Positions 28,168 through 40,120 are shown, numbered from the stretch's first letter. The stretch is DNA of 64,000 bases from Alphaproteobacteria bacterium (GCA_045111335.1 JBGUGE010000076.1:21945-85944), one strand, 5' to 3'. Notes: generated by a model not told the origin, from the letters alone. Translations and numbers: made by a program.

Positions 28168-28626
28168 TTATTTATAATTTAAATCTTCAAACGGAATCCG
28201 ATCGGCCGGACGCTGAGGTTTATACACAAACACGTTGGTTACGCTCGGAATATCATATTTGCGATGCCAATAACCTTTCTTTTCCATACACAAACGATAG
28301 TCCTTCGGGTTGGAATCTGCCGAATCGCGAATAGAATTGACTAACAGCGGTTGCGCTCCGCGATATGGCACATAACTGGCCCAAATACCTTTTTCTTTAT
28401 GCCAATCCACATGGATATTGTAGCGATATTCTTCGGAGTAGAACCAGTTGGTAATATTCGGCCAATGAAACCACCCTTCAGCCTGCTTCAAGCATTCGGA
28501 ATGGTCACGCGAAAATTTTGCCACTCCGGTGTGTTCGCGCTCCCAATGGTAAATAACCTGACCCTTGCCGCCGTAAGATGAACAGGCGCCCAAGAAAACA
28601 CTGAATAAAATCAACAAATATCTCAT
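28168..28626 (-). CDS. hypothetical lipoprotein
   Basis: Signal peptide plus lipobox (FLGAC). The product is W/Y-rich and 152 aa. The start lies 1 nt after the GST-like stop. Confidence 0.5.
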   Translation of the reverse strand: MRYLLILFSVFLGACSSYGGKGQVIYHWEREHTGVAKFSRDHSECLKQAEGWFHWPNITNWFYSEEYRYNIHVDWHKEKGIWASYVPYRGAQPLLVNSIRDSADSNPKDYRLCMEKKGYWHRKYDIPSVTNVFVYKPQRPADRIPFEDLNYK

Positions 28627-28627
28627 G

Positions 28628-29293
28628 CTAAAAATCCAAATTTGTGTAGTGGGTTGACGGGTAAATATTCTTGATACGATCGTTCAGAATCTCTTTGAAA
28701 CTCGGCCGCGACTTAATTTGCGAATACCACTGTTTGGCATTCTTAAAATCTTCCCACGGCACATCGCCCAAATAATCTATAATCGAAAGTTGTGCCGCCG
28801 CACTTATATCGGCCATGGAAAATCCGCCGCTGACCAAATAATTGTTGCGTTCGACCATCCAATCGATATATTCCAAATGAAAGCGCAAATTATTGATGCC
28901 GGTTTGTATGCGTTTTGATTCCGGAGGTTGATGCAGCGCAAAACGCTTATAGATTTTTTCTCCGGCAATATACTGATATACTTCCCGATAAAATTTATTA
29001 TCAAACCAATCAATCAAACGGCGTGTTTCGGCTCGTTCTTTATTGTTGCCGTTAATCAGTCGATTTTGGGTATATGTTTCTTCCAAAAACTCGGTAATAG
29101 CGTAATTTCCGGCAATAATATTGCCGTCAAAAATAAACACGGGAAGTTCGCCTGCCGGATTGATTTTTTTGATATCCGTCGATAAAGCCCAAGGTGTTTC
29201 TTCTTTCAAGACATACAGCATTCGTTTTTCGGCCATCAAAATCCGAATTTTACGACAATGCGGCAAAATATTGCTATGTACCAAAAGAACCAT
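28628..29293 (-). CDS. glutathione S-transferase family protein
   Basis: Thioredoxin-like N-domain pattern (LPHCRKIRILMAEK...NPAGELPVF...AITEFLEE) and an alpha-helical C-domain. Confidence 0.65.
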   Translation of the reverse strand: MVLLVHSNILPHCRKIRILMAEKRMLYVLKEETPWALSTDIKKINPAGELPVFIFDGNIIAGNYAITEFLEETYTQNRLINGNNKERAETRRLIDWFDNKFYREVYQYIAGEKIYKRFALHQPPESKRIQTGINNLRFHLEYIDWMVERNNYLVSGGFSMADISAAAQLSIIDYLGDVPWEDFKNAKQWYSQIKSRPSFKEILNDRIKNIYPSTHYTNLDF

Positions 29294-29301
29294 AAAACCT
29301 C

Positions 29302-30297
29302 CTAAATTCCCTCTAAAACCTCGTCTATCGACTTTTCTTCCACTTTTTGCTCAACCACATGACCGGCTTTGGCCGCCAAATCGTCATCAACATTCAAAAA
29401 TTCCTCTTTAACATCATCCGCATCGTGCTGTACAAACGACGGCGGAACCGTGCCTTCATAAAGGTGTTCTTCTTCGCCGACAATACGCAAAATCTCTTGT
29501 TTTACGGCATAGGCATATTCCGGTTTTGAAAATTCTGCCTGAAATACTTCCATATATTGCGAAAGTCGCGGCATATCCTTAGATATAGCGATAAATACCG
29601 GAATTTTAAACAACGGTTTTTGCGAATAAGATAAAAAACTGCTCAAACCGTAGTGACTTGACATCATGCGGTTATAATAGAGGCTGCCCAACATATAGTC
29701 GATTTTTCCTAAAATCAGCTGTTCGTAACCCTCATACGGAGTGTCAACATATTCAACACCCAATTCGGCAATTTTGCGGGCGATGAAATCACTGAGCTGT
29801 TCGGTTTTGGAAATAACTCCGCGCAAATTTTTAAGGTCTTGCAATCCGGTAATTTTTGAAACATTTTCCGGCGTCGTAATCAGGTGAATCGGGTTAGCGA
29901 TGACCGCCGGAAAAATAAGCTGCATTCCGTTAAATGCTTTGGTGTTTGAGTAGGCTCCGATGAACAACCGATATTTGCCGCTGCGAACATCTAACAACAA
30001 CAATTTCGGGTCGATTTCATCGTCTGCCAAATTAACCGGAACAACACTGATGCCGTGTTTTTTCAAAACATCGGTGGTCGGTCTCAAAAAGGCGCTTTCC
30101 AAAACGCTTAAATAGCCTTGGTTGGTTTTCTCTGTTTTGGTGTAACGGGAGAACGGCGGATAGTCTGTTATTCCGACGGTTGTCAGCGGTATATTGAAAT
30201 AGTTTTCGACATCAACCATATTTGACTTATCTGAAGCCGAAAAAGAGGGTTTAATCCCCAAAATCAAGAAAAATAACAAAATCCGAAAAATTTTCAT
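29302..30297 (-). CDS. periplasmic solute-binding-like protein (family-3-like, tentative)
   Basis: Signal peptide and a DYPPFS motif near the N-terminus. The size (~330 aa) fits. Confidence 0.4.
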   Translation of the reverse strand: MKIFRILLFFLILGIKPSFSASDKSNMVDVENYFNIPLTTVGITDYPPFSRYTKTEKTNQGYLSVLESAFLRPTTDVLKKHGISVVPVNLADDEIDPKLLLLDVRSGKYRLFIGAYSNTKAFNGMQLIFPAVIANPIHLITTPENVSKITGLQDLKNLRGVISKTEQLSDFIARKIAELGVEYVDTPYEGYEQLILGKIDYMLGSLYYNRMMSSHYGLSSFLSYSQKPLFKIPVFIAISKDMPRLSQYMEVFQAEFSKPEYAYAVKQEILRIVGEEEHLYEGTVPPSFVQHDADDVKEEFLNVDDDLAAKAGHVVEQKVEEKSIDEVLEGI

Positions 30298-30436
30298 TGT
30301 TTTGTATCCCGTGTTTGTGCCGATATTGCCGATTTATCTTTCTAAGCATAAATAAATTGTGTTAAAAAGATTTTAACCGATTGCATAAAATCAATAATTT
30401 TGTAACATATTACAAGAGAAAAAAGAAAAGTACAAG

Positions 30437-31218
30437 ATGATAAATGTAAATAAAAACTTATTTTTGCAACAAAGACGCAACACCATTGCCATAACCTCGG
30501 GTGTGGGCAGTATGGGAAAAACGTGGATGGCCGTAACTTTGGCGCATGCATTGAATATTTTGCAAAAATCGGTTTTGTTGTTTGATGCCGATAACGGCCT
30601 GTTGAATGTTGCCGCCCAAACTGATGCAGCGGGGGAGTATTCGCTTAACGATGTTTTGAATTCGGATATTACGCTTAATCAGGCGATTATTCCGCTGAAC
30701 CGGCGCAAATTTGACGTTATCACCGGCTATACGGGGAGCAATGTTTTGGAGAGTACGCCGGTCGGTCGATTGCAGATTTTGCGTGATGACCTGATGTTTA
30801 CGGCACAGGGGTATGATTATCTTTTGCTGGATTTACCGGTTTCGGAAAAAATCGCCACAAACATTTTGCCGCCGAACAGCAATTTGATTTTGGTTTGTAC
30901 CAATGAGCCGTCCAATGTCGTGTCGACATATAAATTTTTGCAAACCGCCGCGGCAACCGAGGGCTATAAAAATATGCAAATTATCATTAATCACGCTCAT
31001 TCGTACGAGGAAGGGTTGCAAACCTACAACACGTTGCGTCATGCTTGCGAAGAATATATTACGCAAACGCCGGATCTGTTGGGGGTGGTGCGGCGCGATA
31101 CCAGAGTGCGCGACGCTATTCGCAACCGCTTTTTGCTGCTAAATCGCTACCCTAACTCGGAGGCGGCGGAAGATGTGATGCAAATTGCCCGTAAAATTCT
31201 GCAAAAAGGAGAAGAATA

Positions 31219-31219
<1 letters not shown>
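30437..31219 (+). CDS. MinD/FlhG(YlxH)-like P-loop ATPase with degenerate deviant Walker A
   Basis: IAITSGVGSMGKTW (nt 30497-30523), LLFDADNGLLNV, LLLDLP, and a C-terminal region collinear with FlhG/MinD. The signature Lys of KGGxGK is absent. Confidence 0.7.
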
Positions 31220-33491
<2,272 letters not shown>

Positions 33492-33492
33492 A

Positions 33493-34443
33493 ATGAGTAA
33501 AAAGGCTGAGGTAAACGAAAAAATATTAGAGAGCTTCAAAAAAGAAAATAAAAAAGCCGGTATCAGAGTTTTTGTGGCCGGCGGTTCGCGTGCCGGAAGC
33601 GAAAAACAGTACGTTGAAGAAGCCTATATTTTGGGACGCAAAATCATTGAAATGGAGTTCAAACTTGATTTCGGGCTTTCTAATCGGGGAATTATGGGCG
33701 CGGTTGCCCGAGGTGTTATCGACGGTTGGAATGTCAAACAGGAGAGTAAGGACGATTTTCCGATTCAGGGAATTACCACCCAAAAATATTTTGACTTATA
33801 CCCGAGCGATGATGAGCTGATTCGCAAAATGGATATAGTAGTGGCACACACTTTGGAAGAACGCAAACGGAAGCTGCTTAAGGCCGATTTTGTGGTGTTT
33901 ACGCCGGGAGGTGTCGGTACATTGGACGAGTTGGCCTACGATTGCGTGGCCATGCAAGATGAAATGTTGCCTTATAAACCGTTCATTATTTATAACATTA
34001 ACGGCTATTTTCACCATTTGTTGGAGTTTTTAAAACATATTGCCCAAGAGGGATTTGCTGATCCGGTGCCGTTTATTGTGGTGGATAATCCGGAAGAGTT
34101 GGAAATTGCTTTTCGCTGGCTGAAGCTGAAACATATAGATTACGGCAACAGCAAAGAGGTGTTTGTAATGTCGCGCAAATTGGTTTATGAGTTGCCGTAT
34201 TACAGCAAGCAAAAAGAAAACTATGATATGGATGTCGAAACGTGTTCGGAGCGTATGGACTTTATCAAAGAGCACGGTACGGACTTTGATCGTCAGGTGT
34301 TGCAAGATGAGATTCGCACGGCTTATTTGGAAAATGAAATCGAAAAAATGTATAATCGACTGGCTCAAGCCGGTAAAGATACAGGTATAGTCAGCGAAAA
34401 ATTGGCCGCTCTCAAAAAACGCCGGAAAGAGATGATGGAATGA
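33493..34443 (+). CDS. LOG-family (TIGR00730-type) nucleotide N-glycosidase-like protein with ~120-aa C-terminal extension
   Basis: VFVAGGSRAG, GIMGAVARG, RKRKLL and TPGGVGTLDELAYD motifs. The extra C-terminal helical region ends in a KKRRKE tail. Confidence 0.65.
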   Translation: MSKKAEVNEKILESFKKENKKAGIRVFVAGGSRAGSEKQYVEEAYILGRKIIEMEFKLDFGLSNRGIMGAVARGVIDGWNVKQESKDDFPIQGITTQKYFDLYPSDDELIRKMDIVVAHTLEERKRKLLKADFVVFTPGGVGTLDELAYDCVAMQDEMLPYKPFIIYNINGYFHHLLEFLKHIAQEGFADPVPFIVVDNPEELEIAFRWLKLKHIDYGNSKEVFVMSRKLVYELPYYSKQKENYDMDVETCSERMDFIKEHGTDFDRQVLQDEIRTAYLENEIEKMYNRLAQAGKDTGIVSEKLAALKKRRKEMME

Positions 34444-36176
34444 ACGTATTTGCCTTTATTCTGAAATATTTGCGCAAGACCAAATTTATGGTAACCGTCA
34501 TCGTTGTCGGTATGATTATCCGCAGTATTGCCGACCGCGGCGAGGTTTATGCCATGTCACAAACAATCGGGGTATTGCCGCAATATACTTCTGATCCGAG
34601 TGTGTTACACAAGGTTATTTTTTACATTTGTTTGCTGGCGTTTTTTTTGTTTGTTGAAGGCATTGCCAACTATGCCTGGCGCTATATGGGCGGAAAATTT
34701 CAGCCCTATTTTACCAGCCTGATCTATAAAGATATATTTTCTGCGGTTCATCATCAGTCGGTAAATTTTTTCAATGTGGAAATGTCAGGCAAAGTGGCAT
34801 CTAAAACCAAAAACATCGTTACCGGAGTTCGCGATATTTACGGGCATGTTTTGTTCGGATTACTTCGGCCGATTACGGGGATTGCCGTCAGTTTGATTTT
34901 AATTTGCCGGGCCGATTTATTGATGGGGGCGGTTATCAGTATTTTAAATCTGATTTTTATCGGGATAAACGTTGTTATTCGCAAAAAAATCGGCTCGTTT
35001 TCGGAAAAGCGGGCGCGTTTCAGCGCAGAAACCGACGGAGTGTTCATTGATACGGTTACTAACTCCGATTTGGTAAAAAGTTTTGCCAATTATTTTTATG
35101 AAAAAGGGCATTTCTATCGCGTGTTGCGCACTGCCGTACGCTCCGAGCAGGAAGAGCGCACCAAAGACGCGTGGTTTGATTTGCAGGGCAAAATAGTATT
35201 TTATTCCGTGTATTTGGCCTCATGCATTTGCGTGTTTTATTTTTGGTATTTGGGGCGGTTGGAATTGGCCGATGTGGTTATGAGTACCTCGCTGATGACC
35301 GGATTGATGATGGAGGTTACCAATATCGGCTTTTTTGCCGGAGAATTCTCGCAATTGTACGGGCAAGTTAAAGACGGATTGAATCTGATTTTTCAGCCTT
35401 ATCAGGTTAAGGATTTGCCTGATGCTCACAATATCAAAATGCGCGGCAAGGCGGTTAATTTTGATAACATTGCCTACCACTATGAGGGCAAAGAAAATTT
35501 GTTTAATAAGTTTAATTTACGAATTAAATCCGGCGAAAAAGTCGGTTTGGTCGGACATTCCGGCAGCGGTAAATCAACTCTGATTAAACTTCTGGTGCGT
35601 TATTATGATATTGATGGCGGCAAAATCACGGTCGGCGGTGAAGATATCTCCAAAGTGCGACAAAACAGTCTGCGTGCGCAAATTGCCGTAATCCCGCAAG
35701 ATACAACGCTGTTTAATCGCACTATTATGGAAAATATTCGCTACGGCAACGTTAATGCCACCGACGAAGATGTTATCAGCGCAGCCAAGGCAGCATACGC
35801 CGATGAATTTATCCGAGAATTGCCAAACGGCTATGAAAGTCGTGTCGGCGAGCGCGGAGTTATGCTTTCCGGCGGTGAGCGCCAGCGGATTGCGATTGCT
35901 CGCGCTATTTTGAAAAACGCGCCGATTCTGATTTTGGATGAGGCAACTTCGGCGCTGGATAGCGAAAGCGAGCAATATATTCAAAAATCGCTTAAGAAAT
36001 TGATGAAAGGCAAAACGGTGATTGCTATTGCTCATCGCCTTTCCACCTTAAGGGAAATGGACAGACTGGTGGTTATGAATAAAGGTAAAATCCTTGAAGA
36101 AGGCTCGCACGACAAATTGTTGGCCGCTAAAGGAGCTTATTACGAATTTTATCAAATCCAAAGTTTGAACAAATAA
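34440..36176 (+). CDS. ABC transporter, fused permease/ATP-binding protein (MsbA-like exporter)
   Basis: 6-TM domain, Walker A GHSGSGKST, signature LSGGERQR, and Walker B ILILDEATSALD. Confidence 0.9.
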   Translation: MNVFAFILKYLRKTKFMVTVIVVGMIIRSIADRGEVYAMSQTIGVLPQYTSDPSVLHKVIFYICLLAFFLFVEGIANYAWRYMGGKFQPYFTSLIYKDIFSAVHHQSVNFFNVEMSGKVASKTKNIVTGVRDIYGHVLFGLLRPITGIAVSLILICRADLLMGAVISILNLIFIGINVVIRKKIGSFSEKRARFSAETDGVFIDTVTNSDLVKSFANYFYEKGHFYRVLRTAVRSEQEERTKDAWFDLQGKIVFYSVYLASCICVFYFWYLGRLELADVVMSTSLMTGLMMEVTNIGFFAGEFSQLYGQVKDGLNLIFQPYQVKDLPDAHNIKMRGKAVNFDNIAYHYEGKENLFNKFNLRIKSGEKVGLVGHSGSGKSTLIKLLVRYYDIDGGKITVGGEDISKVRQNSLRAQIAVIPQDTTLFNRTIMENIRYGNVNATDEDVISAAKAAYADEFIRELPNGYESRVGERGVMLSGGERQRIAIARAILKNAPILILDEATSALDSESEQYIQKSLKKLMKGKTVIAIAHRLSTLREMDRLVVMNKGKILEEGSHDKLLAAKGAYYEFYQIQSLNK

Positions 36177-36189
36177 CTGCAAAAAATAC

Positions 36190-36217
36190 TTGATTTTTAA
36201 AGAAAACCTCATATTAT
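36190..36217 (+). promoter_or_regulatory. putative promoter of greA leader
   Basis: TTGATT-N16-TATTAT, beginning 14 nt after the ABC stop. Confidence 0.35.
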
Positions 36218-36232
36218 ACACTCAATATGTTG

Positions 36233-36265
36233 CGGCTGCGAAGAGATTCGGCAGTCGGATTTTTT
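36233..36265 (+). terminator. terminator-like hairpin 1 (ABC gene terminator and/or greA leader attenuator)
   Basis: 7-bp stem CGGCTGC/GCAGTCG (one G-U) with an 11-nt loop, followed by a T6 run. Confidence 0.45.
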
Positions 36266-36280
36266 AACCTTAATGAGGAT

Positions 36281-36311
36281 ACCTATATAACAGAAAATAT
36301 AGGTGTTTTTT
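36281..36311 (+). terminator. terminator-like hairpin 2 in greA leader (possible attenuator)
   Basis: 8-bp stem ACCTATAT/ATATAGGT with an 8-nt loop, followed by GTTTTTT. It lies 20 nt upstream of the greA SD. Confidence 0.4.
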
Positions 36312-36332
36312 GTTTGATTTTTGGAGGATGAA

Positions 36333-36806
36333 ATGGAGAAATTTCCACTGACAAAAACAGGCTTTGCCATGTTGGAACAGGAATTGAAAAGACGCAAGGG
36401 AGAAGACCGTCCGAGTATTATCGAAGAAATTGCCGAGGCTCGCGCTAAAGGCGATTTGTCGGAGAATGCTGAGTATTCTGCGGCTAAGGAAAAGCAAAGT
36501 TTTAACGAGGGCCGGATTCAGGAACTCGAAGCGGTTATCAGCCGTGCGCAGGTAATTGACCCGTCGCAAATGAGCGGCGATATTGTGCGTTTCGGTGCTA
36601 CGGTTTTGGTGGCCAACATTGATACCGATGAAGAGCGCGAATATCAAATTGTCGGTGATTATGAGGCCGATATCGAAAAGAATAAAATCTCGCTTTCGTC
36701 GCCGCTGGCTAAGGCGCTTATTGGCAAAGAAGTCGGAGACACCGCCGAATATCAGGCACCGTCCGGCAAACGCTCGTACGAAATTATCCAAGTTAAATGG
36801 TTATGA
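36333..36806 (+). CDS. greA: transcription elongation factor GreA
   Basis: Full-length GreA-like sequence (LTKTGFAMLEQEL...ARAKGDLSENAEY...). ATG 36333 lies 5 nt after GGAGG. Confidence 0.9.
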   Translation: MEKFPLTKTGFAMLEQELKRRKGEDRPSIIEEIAEARAKGDLSENAEYSAAKEKQSFNEGRIQELEAVISRAQVIDPSQMSGDIVRFGATVLVANIDTDEEREYQIVGDYEADIEKNKISLSSPLAKALIGKEVGDTAEYQAPSGKRSYEIIQVKWL

Positions 36807-36812
36807 ACCCAT

Positions 36813-36836
36813 AAGCCCTCGAAAGAGGGCTTTTTT
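36813..36836 (+). terminator. rho-independent terminator of greA
   Basis: Stem AAGCCCTC/GAGGGCTT with loop GAAA, followed by TTTT. Confidence 0.8.
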
Positions 36837-36866
36837 AATGTGTAAAATATTTCTTCGCCAAACCGC

Positions 36867-36895
36867 TTGACAAAAATCTTGAATGAGATTATACT
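36867..36895 (+). promoter_or_regulatory. near-consensus sigma70-type promoter upstream of ORF 37045-38226
   Basis: TTGACA-N17-TATACT. It is followed by a 140-210-nt AT-rich leader with ATATTGA direct repeats at 36963-36969 and 36972-36978. Confidence 0.55.
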
Positions 36896-37044
36896 GACGC
36901 CACTTATGTATAATGATAGTATATTATTGTGAAGATTTTTATTGATTGGGAGTGGCGTTCCTATATTGATAATATTGAATCATCCGGTAATTTAGCTCGT
37001 TAAAAATAAGTAGACTGCTTGTCTGTTTAACTTAGTGTTGCAGA

Positions 37045-38226
37045 GTGTTCCCCCTTGCAGTTTTATCAAAATTGCTCCGCGGTGAACCGGAGGACTTTCA
37101 AATTTTATTGATTATGAGAACTGAAAAAGTATGTGATGCCGTCCTCGCTTTTGTGGGCGCTGTGTTGGTTATTCTTGCTTGTAACCCTTTATCGATGTTT
37201 GTGTTTAATCTGTTTTTCCCGGAGTATGCGTCGCGCTTTACGGCCGAGTTTATCGGCTTTCCTCAAGCCCTGCGCAGGTTCTATACCAAGTACGCGCTCA
37301 AGTGGCCGTATTGGTGGGCAAAACACTGGATTACGCTGGGAAATTTGAACACCTGCAGTGCGCGTAAACAGGTGGCCTTCTATCGGGACAACGACATTTA
37401 CAAAGAGGTGGTTAAGTTGATGAGCCCCGAGGCACAGGTGATGCTGGTTCGTAGGCATTTTGAGTTGATTGAGCGGATTTACAGTGAAATGCGGCTGACT
37501 GACGAGATGTTCGCCGAGTGGCTGCAACAGCTGATCAAGCAAGATGCTAAAAAGGAGCATAGCCTTGATTTTGTGAAAGAGCTGTATGCTCCGCTGGAAA
37601 ATTATCTGAAGAAGGGCAAGTTGCCTTTCTCGCAGATGATGTTGCTGCTGCATGCCGCGGTTGAAGAGTACGACAATTCGGCCTGTCCGCTGATGAGCTA
37701 TGTCTATGATTACATCGAGCGTTTCGGGATGAGTGAAAAGCAACTCAAAGAGATGGCACAATATATGTGTGATAATCTCTATTGGCACAGTGCTTTCAGC
37801 GAAAAGCCGACTACGGAAATGGCTAAAGAATTTGCCAAGTACGATAAGTTCACCCACTTCTTCGGCATGTTGCACGACCGACAGGTGCGCTATGAGCAGA
37901 GAATTTTCACTCGTACACACCGCTTGGCTAACCAGGCTGATGAATGGCGGGCTTTTTGCACCGAGAATACTTACATTTGCCCGGCCGCCCAGAAGGAGAT
38001 GAGTATCAATCAGTATACCATCTACCACGAAGCCGGCTACGTTCTCTGCGTTGAGGCAATCGCGCATTTCCTGCGCTATCCCGACCGCAACCTGCACCGA
38101 TTGGTGTTCCGCTACGAGCCGCTGGAAATCCTGCAAAAAAGTGAAATTCAGGCTCTGGTCGAGAGTACTATCTTTATGCGGGATGCCTATGACGAAGAGG
38201 TGGCAAAACGCACGGAAAAATCCTAA
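37045..38226 (+). CDS. hypothetical protein with one N-terminal TM segment; compositionally atypical; start uncertain (GTG 37045 / ATG 37114)
   Basis: Long ORF bracketed by its own promoter and terminator. Codon usage is GAG/CTG/C-ending rich, unlike its neighbours. I recognised no motif. Confidence 0.6.
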   Translation: MFPLAVLSKLLRGEPEDFQILLIMRTEKVCDAVLAFVGAVLVILACNPLSMFVFNLFFPEYASRFTAEFIGFPQALRRFYTKYALKWPYWWAKHWITLGNLNTCSARKQVAFYRDNDIYKEVVKLMSPEAQVMLVRRHFELIERIYSEMRLTDEMFAEWLQQLIKQDAKKEHSLDFVKELYAPLENYLKKGKLPFSQMMLLLHAAVEEYDNSACPLMSYVYDYIERFGMSEKQLKEMAQYMCDNLYWHSAFSEKPTTEMAKEFAKYDKFTHFFGMLHDRQVRYEQRIFTRTHRLANQADEWRAFCTENTYICPAAQKEMSINQYTIYHEAGYVLCVEAIAHFLRYPDRNLHRLVFRYEPLEILQKSEIQALVESTIFMRDAYDEEVAKRTEKS

Positions 38227-38236
38227 TCTGAATAAG

Positions 38237-38268
38237 AAGCTGTCGGAGTAAAATCCGGCAGCTTTTTT
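38237..38268 (+). terminator. rho-independent terminator
   Basis: 10-bp stem AAGCTGTCGG/CCGGCAGCTT (one G-U) with an 8-nt loop, followed by a T-run. Confidence 0.75.
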
Positions 38269-38352
38269 GTTGCACCGCCGCAAAAATAAAACTTGCAAAA
38301 AAAGTCAAATGGCATATATTCAAGCCAGTTAAATATTTTTTAGGAGATAGAT

Positions 38353-39402
38353 ATGGCTTTAGTTTCGATGCGTCAGATTCTTGACGATGCTGCCGAGCAT
38401 AACTACGGTGTGCCGGCGTTTAACATCAATAATATGGAACAGATTTTGGCCGTGATGCAGGCCGCGCAAAAGGTTAATGCTCCGGTGATTATGCAGACTT
38501 CGACCGGTGCTCGCAAATATGCCGGGGACCCGATGATTCGTCATATGGTGGCGGCGGCGATCGAGATGTTTCCGAACATTCCGGTTTGTATTCACCAAGA
38601 CCACGGCACTTCGGTAGATATCTGCCAATCAGCAATCGTTAACGGTTATTCGTCGGTAATGATGGACGGTTCACTTGAAACTGATGGTAAAACCCCGGCT
38701 TCGTTTGAATATAATGTGCGGGTAACTCAAGAAGTGGTAGCGCGCGCTCATGCCGTAGGCGCTTCGGTTGAAGGTGAACTCGGTGTTATCGGTTCGCTTG
38801 AAACCGGTAAAGCCGACAAGGAAGATGGTATCGGTGCTGAGGGCAAGTTGGATCGCAAACGTTTGGTAACCGATCCGGACGAAGCTGCCGAATTTGTGGC
38901 TCTGACTCATCTTGATGCATTGGCGGTGGCGGTTGGCACCTCGCACGGCGCTTATAAGTTTACCCGCAAGCCGGATGGTGAAATCTTGGCTATTGATGTG
39001 ATTGAAAAAATCCACGCAAAATTGCCGAATACCCACCTTGTAATGCATGGTTCTTCTTCGGTCCCGCAAGAATTGCAAGACCTTATCAATGCTTACGGCG
39101 GACAGATTCCTCAGACTTACGGTGTACCGATGGAAGAGATTGTTCGCGGCATTAAGTCGGGCGTGAGAAAGGTTAATGTTGATACCGATTCGCGTATGGC
39201 AATTACCGGTGCTATTCGTAAGGTATATGCCGAAAAACCGTCGGAATTTGACCCGCGTAAATATCTCAAACCGGCAATCGAAGAAATGCAGAAGGTGTGC
39301 GAAGAGCGCTATATTGCATTTGGTGCGGCCGGATACGGCGATAAAATTAAGCCGATAAAGCTTTCGGATATGGCAAAGCGTTACGCCGCCGGTGAGCTTT
39401 AA
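38353..39402 (+). CDS. fba: class II fructose-bisphosphate aldolase
   Basis: Full-length class II FBA sequence ([12 protein letters not shown]...HQDHG...MDGS...GTSHGAYKF...MHGSSSVP). Confidence 0.9.
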   Translation: MALVSMRQILDDAAEHNYGVPAFNINNMEQILAVMQAAQKVNAPVIMQTSTGARKYAGDPMIRHMVAAAIEMFPNIPVCIHQDHGTSVDICQSAIVNGYSSVMMDGSLETDGKTPASFEYNVRVTQEVVARAHAVGASVEGELGVIGSLETGKADKEDGIGAEGKLDRKRLVTDPDEAAEFVALTHLDALAVAVGTSHGAYKFTRKPDGEILAIDVIEKIHAKLPNTHLVMHGSSSVPQELQDLINAYGGQIPQTYGVPMEEIVRGIKSGVRKVNVDTDSRMAITGAIRKVYAEKPSEFDPRKYLKPAIEEMQKVCEERYIAFGAAGYGDKIKPIKLSDMAKRYAAGEL

Positions 39403-39424
39403 TTTACGGCTGATAAGCACAAAT

Positions 39425-39455
39425 AAAAACCGTCGGATTGCTCCGGCGGTTTTTA
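39425..39455. terminator. bidirectional rho-independent terminator (fba / atp operon)
   Basis: Stem AAAAACCGTCGG/CCGGCGGTTTTT with loop ATTGCT, between convergent genes. Confidence 0.75.
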
Positions 39456-39472
39456 TTTGTGTGGTTAATTAC

Positions 39473-40120
39473 TTATGAAACGAATTTATCCAACTCGGCA
39501 ATTGCCTCGTCAATCAGCCGACTTTTATCGGTGTTTTGCAAATAGCGATTGATGGCTTTTTGCGCCAATTCCACCGATACCTTACTGGCAGAAAGATTAA
39601 TTTCGTTTTGCGCTTTTTGGGTTGAAGCCATAATTCGCCGATCCGCTTCTTTTTCTTTATCTTTCAGCTCATTTTTCAAGTTGGTTATCTCGCGTTTTTT
39701 CAAATTTTCCAAATTTTTCTGCGATCTTTGAATAATTTGCTCCGCCTCTTTCTGAGCATCGATATATTTGCGCTCATAGTCAGCCAAAAGCACTTGAGCA
39801 TCATCACGTAACTTGGCGGCTTCGTCAATATCCTGAACCACTTTATCAATGCGCTGACGCAATAAATTGCGTATAACCTTGGCCAGCGGTTTAATCAGTA
39901 CGGCAACCGCCAATACAAAAGCCATTGCTACCCAAAATTCCACCTCGGAATAGAAAGGAACTTCATGAATTTCGGAGGCTGCGGTTTTGCCTGCGGTAAG
40001 CACCTCGGACACATTTTCCGCGGCGTCCATAATCATATTTTGGGTAGCATCAATCAGCTCCTGACCGGCAGAAGTTGCGGTTGCAGTATCGTTTGCTTCC
40101 AAAATCTCTTCCTCATTCAT
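39473..40120 (-). CDS. atpF: F0F1 ATP synthase subunit b (with ~55-aa N-terminal extension before the TM helix)
   Basis: TM helix FWVAMAFVLAVAVLI followed by a long charged coiled coil. ATG 40120 overlaps the b' stop (ATGAATGA). It is the last gene of atpI-B-E-F'-F. Confidence 0.75.
   Translation of the reverse strand: MNEEEILEANDTATATSAGQELIDATQNMIMDAAENVSEVLTAGKTAASEIHEVPFYSEVEFWVAMAFVLAVAVLIKPLAKVIRNLLRQRIDKVVQDIDEAAKLRDDAQVLLADYERKYIDAQKEAEQIIQRSQKNLENLKKREITNLKNELKDKEKEADRRIMASTQKAQNEINLSASKVSVELAQKAINRYLQNTDKSRLIDEAIAELDKFVS

Noticed and set aside
37189-38298. 369-aa antisense ORF covering almost all of ORF 37045-38226. Similar long antisense ORFs occur at 38671-39420, 18228-19139, 41796-42383, 47036-47635, 50521-51054 and 5364-5885.
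   Set aside because: These are codon-aligned shadow ORFs. The sense genes rarely use TTA, CTA or TCA, so the opposite frame lacks stops. Their products are L/Q/H/F/R-rich with no SD. Several lie opposite unmistakable genes (fba, dnaE, addA, addB). Terminator orientation at 38237-38268 supports the plus strand.
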